From contig AP018172.1 in NCBI GenBank assembly GCA_002368175.1, positions 285,599-349,598 on the forward strand: a stretch of DNA of 64,000 nucleotides, in the 5' to 3' direction. This DNA comes from Calothrix sp. NIES-2098. GTDB taxonomy: Bacteria; Cyanobacteriota; Cyanobacteriia; Cyanobacteriales; Nostocaceae. A program made the translations under genes and the position numbers. Of this stretch, positions 41,470 through 51,981 are shown one piece after another. The notes beneath the pieces are model-generated. The model was not told the origin of the DNA. It saw only the letters and a program-made list of their open reading frames with translations, and searched no databases. How positions within the stretch are numbered: the stretch's first letter is position 1; the number at the start of each line of letters is the position of its first letter.

Positions 41470-44400
41470 TCAATTCCTGCCAGCGAGATTGGCAACTACG
41501 GTAACTAATTCTGCGGGATTGACTGGTTTGGGGACGTGAAGTTGAAAGCCTGATAACAAAGCTCTTGTGCGGTCTTCAGCTCTAGCGTAAGCTGTGAGTG
41601 CTACGGCGGGAATTTGTCCTCCTTGCGCTGAAGGCAGGGATCTGAGTTGACGAATGAGTGTATAGCCATCGGCTTCTGGCATACCGATATCGCTCACTAG
41701 TACATCGGGGTGGAATTGGGGGACAGCAGCTAAAGCGTCAGCAGCAGATGCAGCTGTCATAACTTGGGCACCATACTGTGACAAAACTGTGGTGAGTAAT
41801 TGGCGGGCGTCTTGCTCATCATCAACAACTAATATGCGCACGCCTGCAAGTGATGATGGGTTAATTGGAGAAATTTCGCTATCAGTGGGGGGTTCGCTTA
41901 GTGCTGATGTTGTATTCTCTAGATAAACAGCTCGCATCGGCAAGTTAACTATAAAGGTTGCCCCTTGCCCAATTCCAGGACTTTCAGCTGAGACTGTGCC
42001 ACCGTGTAATTCTACCAGATGACGGACGATCGCTAACCCTAAACCCAGTCCGCCATGCGATCGCGTGCTAGAACTATCGGCTTGGCGAAAGCGCTCAAAT
42101 ACATGGGGTAGGAAGTCAGGGCTAATTCCCGCACCTGTATCGCTGACTTGAATTTGAATTTGAGAATTTACGCGTTGCAGTTGCACGGTGACTCTGCCGC
42201 TTTTAGGTGTGAACTTGACAGCATTGGAGAGTAAATTCCAAACGATTTGTTGCAAGCGATTGACATCACCCATCACTATTCCTACTGTTGGGTCAAATCT
42301 GCACTCAATCTGAATTTCTTTCGCATCGGCGGCTGGCTGTACAGTCTCAATTGCTGCTTCGACAACTGGTATGAGTTCTGCTTGCTGGAGATTCAAGGAA
42401 AGTTTACCTTGAACGATCCGCGATACATCTAATACATCTTCAATCAGTTGTGCTAAAGCTTTGGTGTTACGGTTAATGGTTTCTAAGCCGCGCGCTGTAG
42501 TAGCTTCATCAAACTTGCGGTTTCTCAGGAGTTGTGTCCAACCCAGCATGGCGTTGAGAGGGGTTCGCAGTTCGTGGGAAAGAGTGCCCAAAAACTCATC
42601 TTTCATGCGGTTGGCGGCTTCGGCTTCGGCTAATAGTCTTTCGCGTTCTTGCTCTGAGAGTTTGCGATCTGTAATATCAAGCATGAACCCATGCAGTAGT
42701 TGTGGCTTACCCTCACTCCGCACAACATTTACAATGTCATATATCCAGATTACTCTGCCATCTGCTGCTAACATTCTGTATTCAAATTCATAATTATCTA
42801 GTGACAGCGAAGATTCGATACAATACTTAACTGCCCATTCGCGATCCTCTGGGTGGATATGTTCTTCCCAAAAATTATTGCTGTACCAGTCTGTTGATGG
42901 ATAGCCCAGAATCTCTTCTGCTTGCGGCCCTACATAAGTAAAATTTCCCGTACTAACATTCACTTCCCAAGGAATTACACGGACTTTTTCTGTGAGTTTG
43001 CGAAAGCGTTCTTCGCTCTGTTTCAACGCTTCTTGGGCTTGTTTGTTTTCTGTAATATCGTTGATTAAAGCAACAAAACCTTCTACCTTTCCCTGGCGAT
43101 CGAATTGGGGTACATAGGAAACATGCATATAATGTTGTGCACCATCTGGGGCAGACATTGGGGTTTCATAAGTTACTATTTCTCCTGATAATACTGTTTC
43201 TATATAAGGACGAATTGCCTGATAAACTGACTCGCCCACAATATCTTTAACTTGCTTGCCATAAACTTCTGAGGCTTTGATGCCATACCATTCTTCATAT
43301 TTGCGATTATTAAAGCGGTAACGTTGCTGGGCATCGACATAGGAAATAAATACGGGTACAGCATTTGTAATTAATCGTAATTGCTCTTCTTTTTGCCGTA
43401 ATGTTTCTTCTACTTGTTTGCGAGCAGTTAAATCTAAATAAAACGCGATAATTTCTTCTTGCTCTCCTTCATCATTCTGTAATAATGCTCCACCAATTAA
43501 AATTGGAACGCGACTACCATCTTTACGGATGTATTCTTTTTCAAAGGGAGTTGCTACGCCATTTTGTCTGAGTTCTTCAGCGGCATTCTCATCTAAATAG
43601 AGGTATTCTGCTGGTGTCATAACATCCCAGCGCATTTCGCCAGCAACCATATCTGTTAAAGTGTAGCCAACCATATTTAAAAAATATTCATTGGCATAGT
43701 GGATACCACCGTTGAAGTTACTAAAAGCAACACCAAAAATATTAGATTCTACCAGCCTGCGAAATCGTTTTTCACTTCTTCTAATCGCTGCTTCTGCTTG
43801 CTTGCGTTCTGTAATGTTCCGCCAGGCAGAAACTCTCACATTACGACCTTGATAAATAGAGTCTTTGCCGAATATCTCTAAACTAATAGTAGTTTTATCT
43901 TTCTTGAATCCAGTTAATTCATAAGCTGTTTCATATCCAGAATGTATCTTTTCTAAAAGAATATTTTGTAATTCTGGTATTAAAAATTTTGTGAGCGGCA
44001 TACCCATCACTTCATCAATTTCATAGCCAAACATTTTGGCAAAAGCTGGGTTGGCTTCTAAAATTTTGCCATTGTCGTGAATTACAACACCTTCAACTGT
44101 GGCATCAGCTAAAGCAGAAAATCTACTTTGGCTTTCACGCAACTCATTTTCTGTTTGTTTGATAGTAGTTAAATCTAGTACAAAACTGATGACTTCTTCT
44201 AATTCGTTGGTTAATAAGGCAGAACCAATCAAGATGGGAACGCGGCTACCATCTTTGCGGATATATTCTTTCTCAAAAGGCTGATTTACTCCATGATTTC
44301 TTAATTCTGCAACGGCGCGATCGCTAATTTCTTGATATTCTAGCGGTGTCATATCGCGCCATCGCACTCGCCCAGATACAAGTTCCTCCCGCGTGTAGCC

Positions 44401-44850
44401 TACCATTGTTAAGAATGCATCGTTAGCCTCAATAATCGCCCCATTCATATCGGCTACTACTACCCCAATAATGTTAGACTCTGCCAACCTTCTAAATCTA
44501 GACTCGCTGGCTTGTAGCTTCTGCATACTTTTCTCTAGACAGTACTTGGCATTACGTAACTGCGAGTTTAGCCAGCTGATGAGCGTTGTTACTAGCACAA
44601 ACAAGCATAAGCGCAAGATGCTATCTACAGGGTAAATTAAAGGCGAAGATGTAGAAGGAATAAAAAAATATGCGACAGCAATAGTAGCTAAAACAGTAGC
44701 CAATAAACCTGGTTTCATCCCGCCATACCAAGCACTCACCGCTACAGCAGCAAAAAATAGCAAGAAAATTGTTTGACTGAGCAATGGCTGTAACAGTATT
44801 GTCAGTAGTAATGCGCTACCAACTGCCAATACCGCTACAGCATAAGGCAT
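41470..44850 (-). CDS. multi-PAS/PAC hybrid sensor histidine kinase with C-terminal receiver
   Basis: N-terminal TM helices, four or more PAS/PAC modules, [14 protein letters not shown]-box, HATPase, and a C-terminal REC (ILVVDDEQD...DIGMPEADG). The likely ATG is at 44850; the track ORF starts at TTG 44922. Confidence 0.8.
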   Translation of the reverse strand: MPYAVAVLAVGSALLLTILLQPLLSQTIFLLFFAAVAVSAWYGGMKPGLLATVLATIAVAYFFIPSTSSPLIYPVDSILRLCLFVLVTTLISWLNSQLRNAKYCLEKSMQKLQASESRFRRLAESNIIGVVVADMNGAIIEANDAFLTMVGYTREELVSGRVRWRDMTPLEYQEISDRAVAELRNHGVNQPFEKEYIRKDGSRVPILIGSALLTNELEEVISFVLDLTTIKQTENELRESQSRFSALADATVEGVVIHDNGKILEANPAFAKMFGYEIDEVMGMPLTKFLIPELQNILLEKIHSGYETAYELTGFKKDKTTISLEIFGKDSIYQGRNVRVSAWRNITERKQAEAAIRRSEKRFRRLVESNIFGVAFSNFNGGIHYANEYFLNMVGYTLTDMVAGEMRWDVMTPAEYLYLDENAAEELRQNGVATPFEKEYIRKDGSRVPILIGGALLQNDEGEQEEIIAFYLDLTARKQVEETLRQKEEQLRLITNAVPVFISYVDAQQRYRFNNRKYEEWYGIKASEVYGKQVKDIVGESVYQAIRPYIETVLSGEIVTYETPMSAPDGAQHYMHVSYVPQFDRQGKVEGFVALINDITENKQAQEALKQSEERFRKLTEKVRVIPWEVNVSTGNFTYVGPQAEEILGYPSTDWYSNNFWEEHIHPEDREWAVKYCIESSLSLDNYEFEYRMLAADGRVIWIYDIVNVVRSEGKPQLLHGFMLDITDRKLSEQERERLLAEAEAANRMKDEFLGTLSHELRTPLNAMLGWTQLLRNRKFDEATTARGLETINRNTKALAQLIEDVLDVSRIVQGKLSLNLQQAELIPVVEAAIETVQPAADAKEIQIECRFDPTVGIVMGDVNRLQQIVWNLLSNAVKFTPKSGRVTVQLQRVNSQIQIQVSDTGAGISPDFLPHVFERFRQADSSSTRSHGGLGLGLAIVRHLVELHGGTVSAESPGIGQGATFIVNLPMRAVYLENTTSALSEPPTDSEISPINPSSLAGVRILVVDDEQDARQLLTTVLSQYGAQVMTAASAADALAAVPQFHPDVLVSDIGMPEADGYTLIRQLRSLPSAQGGQIPAVALTAYARAEDRTRALLSGFQLHVPKPVNPAELVTVVANLAGRN

Positions 44851-45558
44851 AAGTCGGCGGATGGTTCCTTTCAAAGTGGCGTCTCCTGATGATGCAGCTA
44901 ACTGAAGGGAATGTTGCCACAATTAGCTAAAAAAGTGATTGCTTAACACCTATTTTGCCTTGAATAAATAGCTAAGTAAATAATCAGTTTTTGCAAATCT
45001 ATCTAAAGTAGTAAAAACTAATATCACAGATTTAATTAATATTGTTATATATCTCGATGATTTATGAAATTTTCTTGATATTTTCTACCTTGGTGTTATC
45101 CATTGTGGTAATCCTTCCAGCGATGTAGTTACTGCGATTGGGCAAAGTTACCAAAACCTCTGTTTGACTGCTCTGTGTCTAGATTGAAAAAGTAATTTTG
45201 ACAACATAGATAAGTTAGCTATCTCAGCCACTAAATTTAGGCTAATTTATAATTTTGAAACAATAATATACATACCTTAAGTTTTAATTGTTTTAGTAAT
45301 TGTTGGGCAGCAGGATAGACTAATTCACAACTTTCAAACCCTATGTTTTCGCCGGCTAATTTAATAATCAGCTAAGAAGAATTGTGCTGGTATTGAATTG
45401 GTATAAATTGCTGAAGATATATTTTGACTACGGTTCATACCTAAAATTCCTGATAGGAATATCAATTTGCCCAGCTATTCACCCACAATCAAAAGAGTAT
45501 ATGCGTACATTTTGCGCTATTAGTAATTAAATGTGAAAACGTTGGGAGAAAGCTCTAC

Positions 45559-47094
45559 ATGGCTCGCACCCCTACATTAACTTTCGATCGCGGTACACTG
45601 ATACTGCATCCACCACCACGCGGTAAAGCCTGGATGGACTATGCCACTTGGGACGATAGAGTGGAAAAATTTCGGATGCCTGCAATTCAATATCGTTCTT
45701 TAGTGGAAGCACTGCAAGCGGAAGAAGTTAACTTTATTGATGAGGCGAAGGAATTTTATCCTTTAGATTTGGTTGCAACTTTGGAAATGGAACCCTATCC
45801 CCACCAAAGTGAGGCTTTAGCAGCGTGGAAACTCGCAGGAAGACAAGGAGTAGTAGTGCTTCCGACAGCGGCGGGAAAAACTTATTTGGCACAAATGGCG
45901 ATGCAAGCCACACCGCGCACAACGCTAATTGTTGTTCCAACTTTAGATTTGATGCATCAGTGGTATGCACATCTGGTAGCGGCGTTTCCCGATGCGGAGG
46001 TGGGTTTGTTGGGAGGGGGTTCCAAAGATAAGACACCAATTTTAATTGCCACTTATGATAGTGCAGCTATTCATGCGGAAGCCTTGGGAAATCAATATGG
46101 TTTGTTGATTTTCGATGAATGTCACCATTTACCAACTGATTTTAATCGGGTAATTGCAGAATATGCGATCGCACCTTATCGTTTAGGACTCTCAGCTACC
46201 CCAGAACGCACCGATGGCAAACACGCTGATTTAAATATTCTCATTGGCAGAGAAGTATATCGCAAACGCGCTGAAGATTTAGCGGGGAAGGCGTTAGCAG
46301 AACATGAAATTGTCCAGATTAAGGTGAAATTATCCCAACACGAACGGGAAAAATACAACGAGTTAATTCAACTCCGCAACGATTTTTTACGAGAATCGCG
46401 GATTTCGTTGGGAAGTATTCAAGGTTGGCAAATGTTTGTGCAGATGAGTGCGCGATCGCAATCTGGTCGTAGGGCAATGTTAGCACACCGCGAAGCTAAA
46501 GAAATTGCCTTGGGTACGGATGGGAAGTTGCGCATTTTAGCTAATTTATTGGCGAAGCATTATCCTGAAAGAATTATTATTTTTACGGCTGATAATGCGA
46601 CTGTTTACCGCATTTCTCAGGAGTTGTTAATTCCGGCTATTACTCATCAAACACCTGTAAAAGAACGGCATGAGATATTAACTAAGTTTCGGGAGGGTGA
46701 ATATAATACCTTAATTGCTTCTCATGTGTTAAATGAAGGTGTTGATGTGCCAGCAGCTTCAATTGCAATTATTTTATCTGGGACTGGTTCAACTAGAGAA
46801 TATATTCAACGTTTGGGAAGGGTGTTGCGGAAGGGGAATGTGGAAGGGAAGCAGGCGATATTATACGAAGTGGTGGCTGAAGATACGAGTGAGGAAAGAA
46901 CTTCGGCGCGGCGTAGGGGGATGGAAAAGAGTAACGAACCGCCAAGACGCGAAGGACGCCAAGGGAAGAAGGAAAAGAAAGGACATTTGCAAGTTGTGTA
47001 TGGAACTGGGAAGGAAAAAAGTGCTAAGGCTGCGGAACAGTTAGAAATCAATTATTCAACTAAGCGCAGTGAAGATTCATCTGATTTAACATAG
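45559..47094 (+). CDS. XPB/ERCC3-like superfamily-2 DNA helicase with a low-complexity K/R/E-rich C-terminal tail
   Basis: Walker A VVLPTAAGKTY, DECHH box (FDECHHLPT), and motif VI QRLGRVLR. The XPB-like N-terminal damage-recognition region is present. The tail from about aa 440 is low complexity. Confidence 0.7.
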   Translation: MARTPTLTFDRGTLILHPPPRGKAWMDYATWDDRVEKFRMPAIQYRSLVEALQAEEVNFIDEAKEFYPLDLVATLEMEPYPHQSEALAAWKLAGRQGVVVLPTAAGKTYLAQMAMQATPRTTLIVVPTLDLMHQWYAHLVAAFPDAEVGLLGGGSKDKTPILIATYDSAAIHAEALGNQYGLLIFDECHHLPTDFNRVIAEYAIAPYRLGLSATPERTDGKHADLNILIGREVYRKRAEDLAGKALAEHEIVQIKVKLSQHEREKYNELIQLRNDFLRESRISLGSIQGWQMFVQMSARSQSGRRAMLAHREAKEIALGTDGKLRILANLLAKHYPERIIIFTADNATVYRISQELLIPAITHQTPVKERHEILTKFREGEYNTLIASHVLNEGVDVPAASIAIILSGTGSTREYIQRLGRVLRKGNVEGKQAILYEVVAEDTSEERTSARRRGMEKSNEPPRREGRQGKKEKKGHLQVVYGTGKEKSAKAAEQLEINYSTKRSEDSSDLT

Positions 47095-47145
47095 TTAGCA
47101 ATTCAAACTTTCTGCGCCTCTGCGCCTTTGCGCGATCCAAATCCC

Positions 47146-48360
47146 ATGTTACCTACAGAACTACTAATGCACCGCCACAATGGCGAAGAAATCATCCCTA
47201 AAAGATTAAAGATTGACGATAAACATTTAAATTTAGCTAATGAGTTAATCAATTATTTTCAAGCAGCTGTTGGTAAAACTCAGGGGATGCTTGAACGCCA
47301 ACTGGCAGATTTTGAAGGAGATACCACAGATTATCGTGTCAAACGGGGTTTAGCTTATATTCTTAAAAGCAGTTTTTGTACTTTTGAGGTGGTGAGTCCT
47401 CTAGAACCGCCAATGTTAAGAGAAAGGGTATTTGCGCTATCTGCTAAATCTGCTCCTAGTAAAGAAGCAACACAACTTACTTTGAGTAAAATAGCTGATG
47501 AATTAACTCATGAACTTGAGCGAGAAATTTTACCGCAACAGGTTATTGATGGACTGTATGCTGATTTAGCTGAAAACAAAATTTTAACGGTTTTTGATGC
47601 ACCCACAGCGCAAGATTTATTGCATCGATATAATTTATCGCAAGTGCAGGGAGTATTTTATAAAGCTAGCCAATTAATATTAAATGCGCATCGCAATGTT
47701 CCGGGAGAATATAAGCTGTTATTTCGCTATTTGAAGTTATTTCAATTGATGGCTTATATTGAGGGTGATGCCGACCACGGTTTTACAATTACCATTGACG
47801 GGCCGACGAGTTTATTTAATCCTAGTACGCGTTATGGGTTGGCGATCGCTAAACTTATCCCCGCTTTACTCCACGTGACTCGCTGGAGTCTTTCTTCGAC
47901 TCTGCAAACTCGCGACGCCTACACCAATACCTGGAGAACGGGACGTTTTACCCTCAATTCCGAATGTGGTTTAGTCTCGCACTATTCTCCAGGTAAACCC
48001 TACGATAGTATGTTAGAAGCATCCTTCGCTGATAAATGGGATGCGCTCAAAAGTGAATGGGCATTAGAGCGAGAAGTTGATTTAATTCCGATTCATGGGA
48101 GTGTGATGATTCCCGATTTTCGCTTAGTGCATCCTGATGGTAGAAGTTTTCTCTTAGAAATTGTTGGTTATTGGCGTCCAGAATATTTACAAAAGAAATT
48201 TTCTCAGGTGCGACGTGCTGGACGCGACGATTTAATTTTGGCGATTTCTGAACGATTGAATTTAGAAAAAGCTGGGGTGAAATTAAATGATGTCCCGGCG
48301 CGAATTATTTGGTTTAAGGATAAATTATTGCCGAAATCTGTGTTAGCAGTAATGGAGTAA
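47146..48360 (+). CDS. DUF790 / Bax1-like nuclease (XPB partner)
   Basis: Gene directly downstream of the XPB-like helicase. Its size of about 400 aa and the N-terminal MLPTELL... are typical of Bax1-family proteins as I recall them. The start is taken at ATG 47146; the track ORF begins at TTG 47128. Confidence 0.5.
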   Translation: MLPTELLMHRHNGEEIIPKRLKIDDKHLNLANELINYFQAAVGKTQGMLERQLADFEGDTTDYRVKRGLAYILKSSFCTFEVVSPLEPPMLRERVFALSAKSAPSKEATQLTLSKIADELTHELEREILPQQVIDGLYADLAENKILTVFDAPTAQDLLHRYNLSQVQGVFYKASQLILNAHRNVPGEYKLLFRYLKLFQLMAYIEGDADHGFTITIDGPTSLFNPSTRYGLAIAKLIPALLHVTRWSLSSTLQTRDAYTNTWRTGRFTLNSECGLVSHYSPGKPYDSMLEASFADKWDALKSEWALEREVDLIPIHGSVMIPDFRLVHPDGRSFLLEIVGYWRPEYLQKKFSQVRRAGRDDLILAISERLNLEKAGVKLNDVPARIIWFKDKLLPKSVLAVME

Positions 48361-48377
48361 TGTTAGCAATAATCAGC

Positions 48378-49073
48378 TTACAAATCCCAATATTTTTTAC
48401 GCCGCCAATACTCAGCAACTCTTGTTTCCCATTGCTCCCAATAATATTTAATCGTATCCGTTTCTAACCAAAAAACCTCTGCCGACATCTCAGGAATCGC
48501 CACAACCAACAACGCATGATTTATCTGAATACCAAAATCTCCATAATATTTATTTGCTGCGCCTATGTATGCTGCAAGTTGCAGGGGATGTTCGTACAAA
48601 CGCTCAATTGCACCTTTAGGTTTGTCAGATGTTTTCCACTCACAAACACAGGGTATACCTTGATAGCTAGCAATACAATCAACCTTGCCAGAATACTTTA
48701 AATCATAGTGAAAAACAGAGCCTTCAACGAGTCTAATGGTATTAATTTCTTGTAAGACTGGCTTGATACTTTCCCAATAAGGACGACTGGCTTCGGAACA
48801 AACAGGATTTTCACCTAGAAGATAGCGTTCAATTTGCTTGTGTGTCTTCGTTCCCCGACGACTAGCAGCAGTAGTAATGCGAGATGCTTCTTCTGTACCA
48901 ACACGCGCCTTCCAGTTTATTAGGCGATCGCGATCGGCTTGGGGTTTAGTGGCGTTTAGTATAGTGGTGACGCTAGGGAGGCGATTTCCAAGCTCATCCA
49001 TATAATATTGTTTGCCATTTTCTCTCAGAGATTTGGCATTAATACGTGGTAAAAGTTGGATATCAAATGGCAT
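48378..49073 (-). CDS. PD-(D/E)XK nuclease superfamily protein (RecB/Cas4/lambda-exonuclease-like)
   Basis: Motifs VDCIASY ... CEWKTSDK (D ... E-x-K) followed by QLAAY (QxxxY). Confidence 0.55.
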   Translation of the reverse strand: MPFDIQLLPRINAKSLRENGKQYYMDELGNRLPSVTTILNATKPQADRDRLINWKARVGTEEASRITTAASRRGTKTHKQIERYLLGENPVCSEASRPYWESIKPVLQEINTIRLVEGSVFHYDLKYSGKVDCIASYQGIPCVCEWKTSDKPKGAIERLYEHPLQLAAYIGAANKYYGDFGIQINHALLVVAIPEMSAEVFWLETDTIKYYWEQWETRVAEYWRRKKYWDL

Positions 49074-50074
49074 TAGTAATTGGTAATTAAGAAAGCCTTG
49101 AAAAACTGAAGTTAATATTGAGCGATCGCTAATTTTAATGAATTAGTAATGAGTTAACGCAATAAGTCTAGCACTACTTCTCCACCAGGGAATGGCAAAA
49201 CCAAAAAGTTTGGGAAACTATTGCGTTGGATGAGTTTCCCTGCTTGCTGTACTACAAAGCAGAACAGTAGCCCTGCGCTTAAGCGGTGTTAGCGTTTCCC
49301 TAGCAGAATAGGCTTCCTAGCTATTTAATATCGCTATGAATTTACGTCTCTTGATATAGATAAAATCCTCCAGAAGAGGGTTTTAATTATTATTGTTAAT
49401 AATTTGATCGCTTTTTAATTACTATGAATTTAATAATAAAAAGTTTATTAACAAAATAATGAATTCTCCTTGGAAAAATCCTTTACCACTAGAAAAATAC
49501 TCGTCAGAACGAGTTGTTATCTACTTCCACAATAATCAACAATGGGTGCCAATTAAATACTGTTATCTATTAAAAGCAGTTGAACTTTACCAAAAAACAA
49601 TAAATTTATCAGGCAAAGAAGTTTTCATATTTCCTCCCGATTTAGATCCTAATAAATTTAATTAATGGTCTTAAATTTTACTATTATTAGTTGGTCTTTA
49701 GCGCTTTTTTTAATTTATTATCCTCTGAATAAACTAAGAAAAATTTGAGATTAAGCTCAATATTTACAATTTATATTTGCTTAGATACACTCAACAAGTT
49801 GTCGCTATTAGCAAATTTTCTTAACAAGATTTCGCAAATACACAAGCGACAAGGCGATCGCGAGTGCCTAACTATGATAATGAGCAAATACTAACTTTTG
49901 CAAAGAGACAGAAATTTACGTAATTATATGGTTGCTATATGTAAAATTTACAGATGAGCATGGTGATAGGTTAATACCATGTTGGATTCTCGATTTTAAA
50001 TCCTAGATTTTGCTCAGTTTCTTAATGATTATTTAAAGATTTCCAATTATCGTTAAATTGACATAGATCGTGTT

Positions 50075-50545
50075 ATGCCTAATTCATCGTTTATAGCTTC
50101 CAGCCAGAAAAATGCTCCAACCAAGCGGGATGTGAAGCAGGTTCCGTTTGTTGAGTTATTTAATCATCGCGTCCAGGGAGTAGTTTCTAGCGGTTCTGAT
50201 ATTGAACGGGTTTACGTTTCTTTTTTTGAAGCAGGAACGTTAGATTTTTATTGCAGTACAAATAACAATCGTCCTTGCGGTGGTTTGGGAGGCTATCCCT
50301 GCAAACATTTACAAGCTTTGATGAAAGAAGCGATCTCAGCTTACGGTATTGACCAAGTAATTAATTATCTTAAGGTTCCTGGCGACCTCAATCAAATTAC
50401 CTCCCCCCAGGATATTCTCAACCGTCGCGGTACAGTCAAAAAAGAACCAGCCAGCGAAGTCTTCAGCCGCTTTTTAAACTATCTCCGCTACCTAGAATTA
50501 CAAACCTCCAACTCTCCTCTCCCTGAAATGAGTTGGTTTGTTTAA
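50075..50545 (+). CDS. SWIM zinc-finger domain protein
   Basis: YCSTNNNRPCGGLGGYPCKHLQAL fits the CxC-x(n)-CxH SWIM signature. Confidence 0.55.
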   Translation: MPNSSFIASSQKNAPTKRDVKQVPFVELFNHRVQGVVSSGSDIERVYVSFFEAGTLDFYCSTNNNRPCGGLGGYPCKHLQALMKEAISAYGIDQVINYLKVPGDLNQITSPQDILNRRGTVKKEPASEVFSRFLNYLRYLELQTSNSPLPEMSWFV

Positions 50546-50583
50546 TCATCGTTAGCTTTAATTTTGAATTTTGAATTGTAAAC

Positions 50584-51972
50584 ATGGCTTTCCCCGGCGC
50601 ATTGCATCAATTAAGTGAAAGCAATCAAGAAATATTCGAGTTGATTGCAAGTTTAGATGAGTGTTTTATTACTGGCTTTGCGAATTTAGATGAGCAACAT
50701 TTACAAACTTTACAGGCTTTGGGGCGTGTATTTACTGGCACGCCTCTACAACAATCTTTAGCTGATGCGACTGCGGCAATTACTACAAATGAGTTTGTAG
50801 ATAAGCATTTTGCTGTGTTGGCAAGTACACGAGCAGCTATACAAGGTGCAATATTTGATACTTTACTATCTCAGGCGAGGAGTTTGTTAGGACGGAAAGA
50901 AATAGCTGATATAGAGTTAGACTATGAAGCCAGCGAAGCGCCAAATAACGTCAAAGTGCTGTTAGCAAGTGTGCGTCACTGGTTAATGGAAATTGCTTTA
51001 ATCGGTTATGCACGTTTAGATATCGCCACTTTGGTTCCGTTTTTAGGGACTCTGGAACAAATTCAAGCGGAACCTTTATTAGTTAGACAAGCTGCTTTAC
51101 TGACTGGCTATTTTAATGAATTGATGCGCAATCTTCCCGTCGCTGATAGTGCAGCAATACCTAAATATCGTTGGGTTGATTTGTGGACTCAGGCGATGTT
51201 AGGCACTGTATGCCCAGCTATTTTACCGCAATCGTCTTCAATATCGGGAAATTTAGAAATTTTAGGTTTAGATTTACGCCAACACGCCAATTTAGTTAGT
51301 TTCATCGCCTATGGGTTGCTAAATGCAAACAATCAAACTCAACTAGTGCGAGTTAGCCAGTCAGCTTACAAGGTAGATGCAATTAATAATGAGCAAATTT
51401 GGCTGTTATTTCCCAATGCGGCGGTGTTATTAGATGCGTTTGCACAAAACCGGGTATTGCAGATTCAAGATGTACCTTTGCTACCTACCGGAGATTTATT
51501 GTGGCAAGGTCAAGGCGAACTTGGTCAAAATTATAACTTGATGAAGCGGGCGGCGGAATTTTTTGCTGAGAATACAGGTAATAACTTGATTTATTCTACA
51601 GTCGCAGCGTGCGATCGCCATCCCATCCAAATCGCGGAACCGATATATCTCAGTAATTATCAAGTCGTCAAAAATGACGAGAATCTTCTTTTAAGTTGGG
51701 GTGATGCGGGTGAACTCAGCATTGCTAGCGAACGTATCAGTAATTTATCAGAACTAAATTTAGACATAATCGCCAAATCTCAGCAAATCTTCGGTTTATT
51801 GCGCTTCGATGCGGGTAAATGGTCAGTCCAACCTTTAGCAGTAGCAGTAAAAAACAAAATCACATCTACCGGACAAACCGCAGCGTCAGTCATTGCGAAG
51901 AAAGATTCCATTAAAAATAGCGTTGTCGGAATCTTGCAAGAACGTTCTAGCAGACTACTGCGTAAGGGTTGA
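50584..51972 (+). CDS. hypothetical protein (no recognisable domain), member of the SWIM-VWA-MoxR cluster
   Basis: 462-aa ORF on the same strand, tightly spaced with its neighbours. I recognised no motifs. Confidence 0.5.
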   Translation: MAFPGALHQLSESNQEIFELIASLDECFITGFANLDEQHLQTLQALGRVFTGTPLQQSLADATAAITTNEFVDKHFAVLASTRAAIQGAIFDTLLSQARSLLGRKEIADIELDYEASEAPNNVKVLLASVRHWLMEIALIGYARLDIATLVPFLGTLEQIQAEPLLVRQAALLTGYFNELMRNLPVADSAAIPKYRWVDLWTQAMLGTVCPAILPQSSSISGNLEILGLDLRQHANLVSFIAYGLLNANNQTQLVRVSQSAYKVDAINNEQIWLLFPNAAVLLDAFAQNRVLQIQDVPLLPTGDLLWQGQGELGQNYNLMKRAAEFFAENTGNNLIYSTVAACDRHPIQIAEPIYLSNYQVVKNDENLLLSWGDAGELSIASERISNLSELNLDIIAKSQQIFGLLRFDAGKWSVQPLAVAVKNKITSTGQTAASVIAKKDSIKNSVVGILQERSSRLLRKG

Positions 51973-51981
51973 GGAAAAATC

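Noticed and set aside
35742-44284. Antisense and overlapping small ORFs within the three sensor-kinase genes and the TPR gene (e.g. 36120-36461, 37548-37928, 42461-42793, 39585-39836)
   Set aside because: They are embedded in genes with clear domain motifs on the other frame or strand and have no start-site signals.
49459-49665. 68-aa ORF in the AT-rich spacer
   Set aside because: It lies in extremely AT-rich DNA with Asn/Lys/Ile-rich low-complexity translation and no ribosome-binding site, so it is probably non-coding. It is left out of the feature list.
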